NCBI GenBank assembly: GCA_964640345.1
Contig: CAZXFU010000001.1
Coordinates: forward strand, 1 to 32,000
Reading direction: 5' to 3'
Origin: an uncultured Eubacteriales bacterium
Lineage (GTDB): Bacteria > Bacillota > Clostridia > TANB77 > RGIG9151
Length of the DNA: 32,000 bases
Part shown: positions 18,173 through 27,245 of the stretch, piece after piece
How positions within the stretch are numbered: the stretch's first letter is position 1
How the letters are laid out: each line of letters opens with the position of its first letter
The notes under the pieces: model-generated
What the model saw: only the letters and a program-made list of their open reading frames with translations
The model's database searches: none
Told to the model about the DNA's origin: nothing
Program-made: the position numbers and the translations under genes

Positions 18173-19507
18173 ATGTCAAATATTTTATCTGAGGAATGGC
18201 AAAAAATAATTGATTGTTTAAAAAACGAAACCAGTGTAATAAGCTTTAACACGTGGATTTCTCCACTAAAACCTTTATATATCGAAGATAATGTTTTGTA
18301 TTTAGAAGTACCAACAGATTTCCACAGAACATATTTAAAAACTAATTTTCACGAACTGTTAAAAAATACTGTCGTATTCGTAAAAAACATTGAATTAGAT
18401 ATTAAATATTTGATACCAGAAGAAGCTAAAAAACAAGAAGAAAAAAAAATACCAGAAATAAAAACTGTTGAAAAATCTCCAACCGGACTAAACCCAAGAT
18501 ATATCTTTGAAAATTTTGTAGTAGGGAATAACAATAGATTTGCACATGCTGCATCTTTAGCGGTTGCCGAATCTCCGGCAAAAGCGTATAACCCTTTGTT
18601 TTTATACGGTGGAGTAGGCCTTGGAAAAACACATTTAATGCATGCTATAGGTCATTATATATTACAACAGCATCCGGATCAAAAAATACTTTATATTACA
18701 TCTGAAAAATTTACCATTGATTTCATAAATGCAATAAAAGAGCAAGGTGCAGAAGGAAATAATGCTTTTAGAAACAGATACAGAAATGTTGACGTTTTGC
18801 TAGTAGATGATATTCAATTTATTGCTGGGAAAGAAGGAACTCAAGAGGAGTTTTTCCACACCTTTAATGCTTTATATGAAGCAAATAAACAAATAATCAT
18901 TTCAAGCGACAGACCGCCAAAAGACATTGAACCTTTGGAAGACAGGCTTCGTTCACGATTTGAATGGGGTCTTACTGCCGATGTTCAAATGCCCGATTAT
19001 GAAACAAGAATTGCAATTTTAAGTAAAAAAGCACAACTAGACGGAATAGAAGTACCGGACGAAATAAATGCTTTTATAGCCGAACGTGTCGATTCTAACA
19101 TAAGAGAGCTAGAAGGTTCGTTAAATCGTGTTTTAGCTCTTGCACGTCTTAATAATCAACCTTTATCTTTAGAACTTGCAAAACAAGCATTAAAAGATAT
19201 TACAAATTCACCTACAAAAGCTATTACTATAGAACTTATTCAAAAAATTGTAGCAAAATACTTTGGAATAAAAGTAGATGATCTAAAATCTACCAAAAAG
19301 AGTGCTGATATTGCTATTCCAAGGCAAATTGCAATGTATTTATGTCGTGATATTGCAAATGTATCTTTACCGAAAATAGGTTTTGAATTCGGAAAGAGAG
19401 ATCATTCAACCGTTATTCATGCTTGTAATAAAATCTCAAAAAACATAACGGAAGATGATGAATTAAATAAAAAAGTAGAAGAAATAAAGAAAATTTTATT
19501 CTACTAA
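18173..19507 (+). CDS. dnaA: chromosomal replication initiator DnaA
   Basis: AAA+ motifs GGVGLGKTHLMHA and LLVDDIQF, and a C-terminal DNA-binding domain (DHSTVIHA). Confidence 0.97.
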   Translation: MSNILSEEWQKIIDCLKNETSVISFNTWISPLKPLYIEDNVLYLEVPTDFHRTYLKTNFHELLKNTVVFVKNIELDIKYLIPEEAKKQEEKKIPEIKTVEKSPTGLNPRYIFENFVVGNNNRFAHAASLAVAESPAKAYNPLFLYGGVGLGKTHLMHAIGHYILQQHPDQKILYITSEKFTIDFINAIKEQGAEGNNAFRNRYRNVDVLLVDDIQFIAGKEGTQEEFFHTFNALYEANKQIIISSDRPPKDIEPLEDRLRSRFEWGLTADVQMPDYETRIAILSKKAQLDGIEVPDEINAFIAERVDSNIRELEGSLNRVLALARLNNQPLSLELAKQALKDITNSPTKAITIELIQKIVAKYFGIKVDDLKSTKKSADIAIPRQIAMYLCRDIANVSLPKIGFEFGKRDHSTVIHACNKISKNITEDDELNKKVEEIKKILFY

Positions 19508-19508
19508 G

Positions 19509-19756
19509 TTTTCCACAATATAAACATAACGAAAAACTGCATATTACAACGATTATACCAATGTGCAATCCTCTAAAATTCCAATGTTCAAACTATCAAC
19601 ATTTAAAGGTTGATACATTGTATATATTCTGTTGATAACAGGTATTTCACATTTAAATTTTATAGTGTTGATAAATTTTGATGAATTGTCCTCATGTTAT
19701 AAACTTTATTTTTTCAGTTATAATTTAGAAAAATCGACTTTTCAACATTATCAACA
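19509..19756. other. oriC downstream DnaA-box cluster (dnaA-dnaN spacer)
   Basis: TTTTCCACA at 19509, TGTTGATAA at 19630 and 19666, and TTATCAACA at 19748. The spacer is 330 nt, AT-rich and non-coding. Confidence 0.75.
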
Positions 19757-19837
19757 TTACTATAACTAAAATAACTTTTTAATATTTTAATTATAATAAA
19801 AAGAAAAACTTTTTAGCCATATAAAGGAGTGTTTTTT

Positions 19838-20938
19838 ATGAAACTTTCTATTGAAAAAGAAAAACTTTTAATCGGTATAAATGCATCACAAAAAGCTGTA
19901 GCGGGAAAAACAACTATGCCTATACTTGAATGTTTTCATTTAATTGCAAAAGATAACACATTGTTTATAACAGCAACAGATTTAGAACTTGGGATAGAAT
20001 ACAGAATACAGACAGAAATAACAGAAGAAGGAGAAACAACAGTTGGTGCAAGTATTTTTTCAGAAATAATACGAAAGTTACCAGACAGCACAATTAATTT
20101 ATCAACAAATGAACAAAATCTTCTTATAATAGAATGTGAAGGATCTTTATTTAAAGTTGTTACTACACCCAGTGATGATTTTCCTGTATTTCCTGAAATA
20201 AATGCAGAGCAAACAATAAAAATAAAACAAAATGATTTAAAAGAAATGATAAGAAAGACAATTTTCGCTGTGGGAATAGATGAATCAAGACCTATTTTTA
20301 CAGGATGTTTACTTGAAAAAAAAGACGGAATAATGAATATGGTTGCATTAGATGGTTTTAGACTTGCACTCCAGACAAAAGTAAATTTAGAAGAAAGCTC
20401 TGAAGAATTTTCTGTTGTTATTCCGGGAAAAACGTTAAATGAAATTTCGAAAATTTTGGTTGATGACAGTCAAATAATAAAAATAGGCGTTGAAAAGAAC
20501 CAAAGTTTGTTTGAAATTCCTAATTGTACAGCTGTTACAAGGGTATTGGAAGGAAAATTCTTAGATTACAGACAAGCGATTCCTAATGAGAAAGAGCTAA
20601 GAGTAAAAGCGAATAGAAACGTTTTGTTAAGTTCACTTGAAAGAGTTGCTGTTATGTCAAGAGATGAAAAGCAACTACCTATAAAGATAACAATAGCAGA
20701 TTCTTTAATGGTTATTCAATGTGCAGTGCAATCCGGAGATGTTAGGGAAGAAGTTATCGTAGAAAGTATAGGAAAGCCGTTGGAAATAGGTTTTAACCTT
20801 AAATATCTAATTGATGCAGTTAGAGCTGTTGAAGACGAAAATATTATTTTAGATTTCGGTTCATCTGTTTCTCCGTGTGTTATAAGACCGGAAGAAGGAG
20901 AAGAATATATTTACATGGTTTTACCTGTTAGAATATAG
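19838..20938 (+). CDS. dnaN: DNA polymerase III beta sliding clamp
   Basis: 366 aa starting MKLSIEKEKLL, with LDGFRLA and the conserved position after dnaA. AAGGAG lies upstream of ATG 19838. Confidence 0.95.
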   Translation: MKLSIEKEKLLIGINASQKAVAGKTTMPILECFHLIAKDNTLFITATDLELGIEYRIQTEITEEGETTVGASIFSEIIRKLPDSTINLSTNEQNLLIIECEGSLFKVVTTPSDDFPVFPEINAEQTIKIKQNDLKEMIRKTIFAVGIDESRPIFTGCLLEKKDGIMNMVALDGFRLALQTKVNLEESSEEFSVVIPGKTLNEISKILVDDSQIIKIGVEKNQSLFEIPNCTAVTRVLEGKFLDYRQAIPNEKELRVKANRNVLLSSLERVAVMSRDEKQLPIKITIADSLMVIQCAVQSGDVREEVIVESIGKPLEIGFNLKYLIDAVRAVEDENIILDFGSSVSPCVIRPEEGEEYIYMVLPVRI

Positions 20939-20966
20939 ATGTATCCTGTGTTTTAGGGGGAATAAA

Positions 20967-22028
20967 ATGATAATAGATTCTATTAATCTTAAAAATTTTA
21001 GAAGTTATAAAGATAGAGAATTTTTGCTTTCTCCTGATACAAATGTTTTTTACGGAAACAACGCTCAAGGAAAAACGAATATTTTAGAGTCTGTATACGT
21101 TTGTGCTCTTGGAAAATCATTTCGTACAAGAAAAGACTCTGAATTAATAAAATTCGGTGAAGAGTTTGGAAGTGTGGATATTAAATTTGATGATAGTGTA
21201 AGAAAAAAAAATATTAATTTCTTGGTTTCATCTAAAAACAAAAAACAAATAAAGATAAACGGAATAAAACAGGCAAAAATAAGTGATTTATTCGGTAATC
21301 TTCTGATTGTTATGTTTTCACCTGAAGATATGTTTTTTGTAAAAGGTGAGCCGGGCGAAAGAAGAAAAAGCTTTGATATGTTACTTAGCCAATTAAATCC
21401 GAGATACATTCATTTTTTGCAAGAGTATTACAGAGTATTAGAACAAAGAAATCAACTTATAAAAAATGGTTCAAATAGGATAGATATGGTTGAGCTTGGA
21501 ATATGGGATGAAAAATTAGCGGAACTTAATGTCAGAATAAAGGAGATAAGAGAAAGTTATATAGAAAAAATACAACCTATTTTTTATAAATATCATAGTG
21601 AAATTTCCGAGAAAAAAGAAGAGGTAGAGTTAAAATATAAAACTCAAATAAAAGGAAAGAAAGAAGATGTTTTAAAACAGCTAAAAGATAGATGTATCCA
21701 GGATTTTAAAAGGGGATTTACATCTGTTGGGATTCACAGAGATGATTATATATTTGAAATAAACGGACTTAATTTGGGTCTGTATGGTTCACAAGGTCAG
21801 GTAAGGACAGCAATTCTTTCACTGAAATTAGCCGAAAAGGATTTTATATTTGTAGAAAAAGGAGAAATGCCGGTTTTACTGTTAGATGATGTTATGTCTG
21901 AGTTAGATGAGAAAAGACGAAGTTTTTTATACGAAAAATTAAATAATTGTCAGGTGCTTATAACTTGTACGGATAAAAAAGAAGGAGATAATGTTAAAGC
22001 TTTTGAAATAGTAAAAGAATCAACTTAG
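20967..22028 (+). CDS. recF: DNA replication and repair protein RecF
   Basis: Walker A GNNAQGKTNILE, signature region, and LLLDDVMSELD. Confidence 0.94.
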   Translation: MIIDSINLKNFRSYKDREFLLSPDTNVFYGNNAQGKTNILESVYVCALGKSFRTRKDSELIKFGEEFGSVDIKFDDSVRKKNINFLVSSKNKKQIKINGIKQAKISDLFGNLLIVMFSPEDMFFVKGEPGERRKSFDMLLSQLNPRYIHFLQEYYRVLEQRNQLIKNGSNRIDMVELGIWDEKLAELNVRIKEIRESYIEKIQPIFYKYHSEISEKKEEVELKYKTQIKGKKEDVLKQLKDRCIQDFKRGFTSVGIHRDDYIFEINGLNLGLYGSQGQVRTAILSLKLAEKDFIFVEKGEMPVLLLDDVMSELDEKRRSFLYEKLNNCQVLITCTDKKEGDNVKAFEIVKEST

Positions 22029-22301
22029 TAATATAAAAAAAAGGCATAACAAAAGAAGGTTATTGTCCTTGTCTTTTTCTGTAAAAATAACATAGATAAT
22101 AGCAACTAAAATCAGGTCGTCAAATTCTATTTTTCTTCCGAGAAACTTTTCAATTGGAGAAAGAAAAGAATTAAAAAGAGAATTTTCATTTTCAGAAGGT
22201 GTTTCTTTTTTTGTGTGATTTTTATTGTGATTTGTGTGTAGGTGGTTAATTTTTGTATAAGGGAAAGTAGGATTGTTTTTATATTTACAAGAGTAAGTCA
22301 T
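22020..22301 (-). CDS. hypothetical small protein (93 aa, His/Asn-rich N-terminus, C-terminal TM)
   Basis: ATG lies 8 nt after GGAGG. The C-terminus LILVAIIYVIF...LLLLCLFFILLS is hydrophobic. Its 3' end overlaps the recF stop by 9 nt. Confidence 0.5.
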   Translation of the reverse strand: MTYSCKYKNNPTFPYTKINHLHTNHNKNHTKKETPSENENSLFNSFLSPIEKFLGRKIEFDDLILVAIIYVIFTEKDKDNNLLLLCLFFILLS

Positions 22302-22313
22302 ATAAAAAACCTC

Positions 22314-22574
22314 CTATTCATCAGTATTTCCTAGGAAATCGTCAAACATATGTAAGTCATTTAAAACTTTTAAGGTATCTGTAAGTGATATTATTTTTTC
22401 GCATTGTTCTAATTTTTTTTGCCTTTTTTTGCTTAAGTATGGTTTTAATGAATTTAGTAAAACAGTTTCTTTTGATACTTGAGTTTCTTCAGAAATATTT
22501 GACAGCATAGAAATAATATCTGACAACTCAGATTCTGTATCCTTGGATACATCTGCTTTTTCAGAGTTTGACAA
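22314..22574 (-). CDS. hypothetical small acidic protein (86 aa)
   Basis: TTG start 5 nt after GAAGGTGA, and the SD overlaps the stop of the upstream ORF. No motif recognised. Confidence 0.5.
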   Translation of the reverse strand: MSNSEKADVSKDTESELSDIISMLSNISEETQVSKETVLLNSLKPYLSKKRQKKLEQCEKIISLTDTLKVLNDLHMFDDFLGNTDE

Positions 22575-22579
22575 TTAAA

Positions 22580-22843
22580 TCACCTTCTTTTTTTTATACG
22601 TAATTTCTGCTCTAATTCATCTGGATTTATATTTTTAATGTCTATATTCTTTAGTTGTTCTTTTAGATTTTCTGCATCATTTCCGAGAAGTTTTGAGACT
22701 TGTGGATTCGACAAAAGCTTTGATAAATCTTCGTTATTTGAGTTTTTTAGCATATCCTTAGCCTTTGCTATATTGTTTTCTAAGTCTTTTTTTGGTAATT
22801 TTGAAAGTAGTGTAGACAGCGTTTTTAATAGTTTATCGTTCAT
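22580..22843 (-). CDS. hypothetical small protein (87 aa, helical, Lys/Leu-rich)
   Basis: The MNDKLLKT start is preceded by AAGGAG. It is the first gene of a tightly coupled three-ORF unit. Confidence 0.55.
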   Translation of the reverse strand: MNDKLLKTLSTLLSKLPKKDLENNIAKAKDMLKNSNNEDLSKLLSNPQVSKLLGNDAENLKEQLKNIDIKNINPDELEQKLRIKKRR

Positions 22844-22956
22844 ATATATCGCTCCTTGTTTTAAAAATATATGTCTATATAATATATGTTTTACAAAGTG
22901 GAGTATGTGATAAAAATAAGAAAACAAAATAATACAAAAGCACCAATAGTTTTTTG

Positions 22957-22985
22957 TTGAATATTGCAGAATGATGTGATAAAAT
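22957..22985 (+). promoter_or_regulatory. sigA-type promoter of the hydrogenase operon
   Basis: TTGAAT-17 nt-TGa-TAAAAT. It lies about 55 nt upstream of ATG 23040. Confidence 0.6.
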
Positions 22986-23039
22986 GACTTTTGGTGAAAG
23001 GTTTTTTAGTTTTCAAAATAAAATAAGGAGGACATAAAA

Positions 23040-23531
23040 ATGGCTGAACACAATGGGTGTTGCTGCGAACTAGACGCAGAAAAAGTAAAAAAATTAGAAC
23101 AGATCATAGCTGAACACAAAGATATGGATGGTGCCTTGATTCCTGTGTTACATGAGACTCAAGAATTGTTTGGATATCTTCCTGAAAAAGCACAGCAAAT
23201 GATTGCTAAGGGGTTAGGGGTAAGCCTTGCAGAAGTTTTTGGCGTTGCTACGTTTTATTCAAGATTTACTCTTGAACCGAAGGGAAAGTATAATATCCAA
23301 ATTTGTTTAGGAACGGCTTGTTATGTAAAAGGAGCTGATAAGGTTTTAGAAAAGCTTGAACAAGTACTTGGAATTAAAGCAGGAGAAACAACACCTGACG
23401 GGAAGTTCTCTATTCAAGATACCAGATGTGTTGGTGCTTGCGGACTTGCACCTGTTATGGTTATAAATGAGGAAGTTTATGGTAAGATGACACCTGATAA
23501 GGTTGAAGAAATTCTTAGTAAATATGAATAG
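23040..23531 (+). CDS. hydC: NuoE-like [2Fe-2S] subunit of a HydABC-type hydrogenase
   Basis: Thioredoxin-like 2Fe-2S cysteines CLGTAC...CVGACGLAP, about 160 aa, first gene of the operon. Confidence 0.88.
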   Translation: MAEHNGCCCELDAEKVKKLEQIIAEHKDMDGALIPVLHETQELFGYLPEKAQQMIAKGLGVSLAEVFGVATFYSRFTLEPKGKYNIQICLGTACYVKGADKVLEKLEQVLGIKAGETTPDGKFSIQDTRCVGACGLAPVMVINEEVYGKMTPDKVEEILSKYE

Positions 23532-23549
23532 AGAGAGGAGAGAGCAAAG

Positions 23550-25418
23550 ATGAAATCAATTGAAGAATTAGAAAAAATTCGTCGAGATACTTTTGAGCAA
23601 ATAAAAATGAGAATCGGCGAAAAGATAGATTCTACAAGAAAAAATATATTGGTTTGTGGTGGTACCGGTTGTACTTCTTCTAAATCTCCCAAAATTATAG
23701 AAGAATTAGAAAGAGAGATAAAAGAAAAACATTTAGAAAATGAAGTGCAGGTAATAAAAACAGGTTGTTTTGGTCTTTGTGCAAAAGGACCTATAATGAT
23801 CGTTTATCCCGGTGAAACATTTTACACAATGGTAAAACCGGAAGATGTTCCTGAAATAATTGACCAACATATTATTGGTGGAAATGTTGTTGAAAAACAT
23901 CTTATAAAGGATACAGAAACAGAAGAACTTGCACGTACTTTGCATGATCTTGGTTTTTATAAGAAACAAAACAGACTTGCGTTAAGAAATTGTGGAAGAA
24001 TAAATCCTGAAAATATTGATGAATATTTAGCTTTTGATGGTTATAAGGCTCTTGAAAAGGTTTTGCTTCATATGGAACCTGAAGAAGTTATTGATACTAT
24101 GTTAAAATCAGGACTTCGCGGTCGTGGTGGTGCAGGATTCCCAACAGGAAGGAAATGGTCTTTTGCGGCTGCTCAGCCTGCAGGTCAAAAATATGTTTGT
24201 TGTAACGCCGATGAGGGAGATCCTGGAGCTTTTATGGATAGAAGTGTTCTTGAAGGAGATCCTCATTCTGTGTTGGAAGCGATGGCAATAGCAGGATATG
24301 CTATTGGCTCAAATCAAGGATACATCTATGTTAGAGCGGAATATCCTATTGCTGTTAACAGATTAAAAATCGCAATTGCTCAGGCTAAAGAGTACGGAAT
24401 TTTAGGTAAAAATATTTTCGGTACAGACTTTAGTTTTGACATAGGTTTGAGATTGGGTGCAGGTGCCTTTGTTTGTGGTGAAGAAACAGCACTAATGACT
24501 TCTATAGAGGGAAAACGTGGAGAACCAAGAATACGACCGCCTTTTCCTGCTGTTAAAGGTTTGTTTGGAAAACCTACAATTCTTAATAATGTTGAAACGC
24601 TTGCTAATGTTCCTGAGATTATATTAAAAGGAGCAGATTGGTTTAGTTCAATTGGTACGGAGAAGAGCACAGGTACGAAAGTTTTTGCTGTAGGTGGAAA
24701 AATAAATAATACCGGTCTGGTTGAAGTACCTATGGGTATCACTTTAAGAGAGATTGTTTTTGATATTGGCGGAGGCATTCCAAACGGAAAGAAGTTCAAA
24801 GCAGCTCAAACTGGTGGACCTAGTGGTGGTTGCATACCAGCAAGTCATTTAGATACGCCAATTGATTATGATTCACTTATGGCTATCGGTTCTATGATGG
24901 GTTCGGGCGGACTTATTGTTATGGATGAAGATAACTGTATGGTTGATATTGCAAAATTCTTCTTGGAATTTACAATTAGTGAATCTTGTGGTAAATGTCC
25001 GCCTTGTAGAATTGGTACAAGAAGAATGTATGAAATTTTGGACAGAATTACTAAAGGACAGGGAGAAGAGGGGGATATCGAAAAGTTAGAAGAACTTGCT
25101 AATAATATTAAATGTTCTGCTCTTTGTGGTCTTGGTCAAACAGCACCAAATCCTGTTTTGAGTACTATTAAGTACTTTAGAGATGAATATGAAGCTCATA
25201 TTAGAGAAAAGAGGTGTCCGGCTGGAGCTTGTAAGAAGCTTGTAAACTATGTTATTGATCCTGAAAAATGTAAGGGTTGTAGTTTATGTGCGAGAAATTG
25301 TCCTGTTGGAGCAATTTCGGGTGAAATTAAGAGTCCGTTTAAGATTGACAGCTCAAAATGTATAAAATGCGGATTATGTATGAGTAAATGTAACTTTAAA
25401 GCTATTGAAAAGAAATAG
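23550..25418 (+). CDS. hydB: NuoF-like NAD(H)/FMN-binding subunit of a HydABC-type hydrogenase
   Basis: GLRGRGGAGFPTGRKW (FMN site), ESCGKCPPCR, and two C-terminal ferredoxin motifs (CKGCSLCARNCP, CIKCGLCMSKC). Confidence 0.9.
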   Translation: MKSIEELEKIRRDTFEQIKMRIGEKIDSTRKNILVCGGTGCTSSKSPKIIEELEREIKEKHLENEVQVIKTGCFGLCAKGPIMIVYPGETFYTMVKPEDVPEIIDQHIIGGNVVEKHLIKDTETEELARTLHDLGFYKKQNRLALRNCGRINPENIDEYLAFDGYKALEKVLLHMEPEEVIDTMLKSGLRGRGGAGFPTGRKWSFAAAQPAGQKYVCCNADEGDPGAFMDRSVLEGDPHSVLEAMAIAGYAIGSNQGYIYVRAEYPIAVNRLKIAIAQAKEYGILGKNIFGTDFSFDIGLRLGAGAFVCGEETALMTSIEGKRGEPRIRPPFPAVKGLFGKPTILNNVETLANVPEIILKGADWFSSIGTEKSTGTKVFAVGGKINNTGLVEVPMGITLREIVFDIGGGIPNGKKFKAAQTGGPSGGCIPASHLDTPIDYDSLMAIGSMMGSGGLIVMDEDNCMVDIAKFFLEFTISESCGKCPPCRIGTRRMYEILDRITKGQGEEGDIEKLEELANNIKCSALCGLGQTAPNPVLSTIKYFRDEYEAHIREKRCPAGACKKLVNYVIDPEKCKGCSLCARNCPVGAISGEIKSPFKIDSSKCIKCGLCMSKCNFKAIEKK

Positions 25419-25433
25419 GAAGAGGTGAAAAAA

Positions 25434-27161
25434 ATGGGTAAAGTTAATATAACGATTGATGGTGTTAATATAGAAGTTGAGGATAATTTAACCGTTTTGG
25501 AGGCTGCAAAGCAAGCAGGAATTGAGATTCCAACACTTTGCTATTTAAAAGATGTTAATAAAATTGGAGCGTGCAGGATTTGCTTAGTTGAAATTCAGGG
25601 AGCAAGAGGACTTCAAGCTTCTTGTTCATATCCTGTTGCTGAAGGTTTGGTTGTAAAAACTAATACAAAGAAAGTTATTGAAGCTAGAAAAGCTACTTTA
25701 GAATTGATTCTTTCAAATCATAAAAAGAATTGTCTTACTTGTTCAAGAAATACAGATTGCGAATTACAGGCCTTGGCTGAAACAATGCAAGTTGGAGATG
25801 TTATTTATGAAGGGTCTAACGATGAAGAGATTGATGATTTATCAACATCGATTGTAAGAGATAATTCAAAATGTATTTTGTGCAGACGTTGTGTTGCTGT
25901 TTGTAAAAATATTCAAACTGTTGGAGCAATTGATGTTGCCTATCGTGGGATGAATTCTAAGGTTACACCGGCATTTAATAAGCCACTTTCTGAAAGTAAT
26001 TGTGTAAATTGCGGTCAGTGTGTTGCTGTTTGTCCGGTTGGTGCTCTTACGATTAAATATGATATGGATAAAGTTTGGGATGCCCTGCAGAACCCGGATA
26101 TTCATGTTGTTGTTCAAACTGCACCTGCAGTTAGGGCAGCTCTTGGGGAAGAGTTTGGATTACCTATTGGTGAGGCTGTTACAGGTAAGATGGTAGCTGC
26201 GTTAAAGAGACTTGGATTTGACAGAGTATTGGATACAAATACAGGTGCTGACTTTACTATTATGGAAGAGGGTACAGAATTTATTGAGAGATTGAAGGAA
26301 AATAAAAATTTACCTCTTATAACTTCTTGTAGTCCTGGATGGGTAAAATTCTTAGAGCATAATTTCCCTGAATTAATTCCTAATTTGTCTACCGCAAAAT
26401 CGCCTATGTCAATGTATGGAGCGATAATTAAGAGTTATTACGCAAAAGAGCAAGGTATTGATCCTGAAAAAATTTTTGTTGTTTCGGTTATGCCTTGTAC
26501 TGCTAAAAAGTTTGAATGTGAGAGACCTGAGCTTGGTGAAGATGGTCATAAAGATGTTGATGCTGTAATTACTACGGTTGAGCTTGCTAAGATGATTAAA
26601 AAGGCTGGTATTATGTTTGACAAGTTACAAAACGAGTCTTTTGATGAACCGTTTGGTGAAGCAACAGGTGCCGCTACTATATTCGGTACAACAGGCGGAG
26701 TTATGGAAGCTGCTATTCGTACAGTTTCTGAGCTTTTAGAGGGCAAAGAAATTTCGAAGATTGAGTATGAAGAAGTTAGGGGTAATGAAACTATTAAGGA
26801 AGCAGAACTTGAAATTGCCGGTAAGAAGATTAAAATTGCTGTTGCTAGTGGTTTAGGTAATGCAAGACGTCTTATGGAAAAGGTTAAGAATGGAGAAGCT
26901 GATTATCAGTTTATAGAGATTATGGCTTGCCCTGGAGGTTGTGTAATGGGTGGTGGTCAGCCTAGAAAGATTTTGAAGGAAAGAGCGGGTATTGATGTTA
27001 GAGGTGCAAGAAGAAATGCACTATATAATGAAGATAAGAGATTGACTTTTAGAAAATCTCATCAAAATCCATATGTTAAAAAAGTTTATGATGAGTTCTT
27101 GAAGAATCCTGGAAGTGAAGTTGCACATCATTTACTTCATACTCATTATCAAGCTAGATAG
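25434..27161 (+). CDS. hydA: [FeFe]-hydrogenase catalytic subunit
   Basis: H-cluster signatures TSCSPGW, MPCTAKKFE and EIMACPGGCVMGGGQP, plus N-terminal 2Fe-2S and 4Fe-4S domains. The track start at 25425 is GTG, and ATG 25434 has a better SD. Confidence 0.93.
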   Translation: MGKVNITIDGVNIEVEDNLTVLEAAKQAGIEIPTLCYLKDVNKIGACRICLVEIQGARGLQASCSYPVAEGLVVKTNTKKVIEARKATLELILSNHKKNCLTCSRNTDCELQALAETMQVGDVIYEGSNDEEIDDLSTSIVRDNSKCILCRRCVAVCKNIQTVGAIDVAYRGMNSKVTPAFNKPLSESNCVNCGQCVAVCPVGALTIKYDMDKVWDALQNPDIHVVVQTAPAVRAALGEEFGLPIGEAVTGKMVAALKRLGFDRVLDTNTGADFTIMEEGTEFIERLKENKNLPLITSCSPGWVKFLEHNFPELIPNLSTAKSPMSMYGAIIKSYYAKEQGIDPEKIFVVSVMPCTAKKFECERPELGEDGHKDVDAVITTVELAKMIKKAGIMFDKLQNESFDEPFGEATGAATIFGTTGGVMEAAIRTVSELLEGKEISKIEYEEVRGNETIKEAELEIAGKKIKIAVASGLGNARRLMEKVKNGEADYQFIEIMACPGGCVMGGGQPRKILKERAGIDVRGARRNALYNEDKRLTFRKSHQNPYVKKVYDEFLKNPGSEVAHHLLHTHYQAR

Positions 27162-27176
27162 TTTTTTGAAATTTGG

Positions 27177-27211
27177 GATACACCTGCGTTTGGCTGGTGT
27201 ATCTTTTTTTT
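27177..27211 (+). terminator. intrinsic terminator after hydA
   Basis: GATACACC...GGTGTATC stem followed by eight T residues (27204-27211). Confidence 0.8.
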
Positions 27212-27245
27212 GTTTGTACATATTATGTGGTATGGAGGTGCAAAG

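Noticed and set aside
22954-22971. Possible Rex operator (TTGTTGAATATTGCAGAA) overlapping the hydrogenase promoter
   Set aside because: The left half matches the TTGTTAA-N4-TTAACAA consensus at 6/7, but the right half matches at only about 4/7. That is too weak to call without a position weight matrix score or comparative data.
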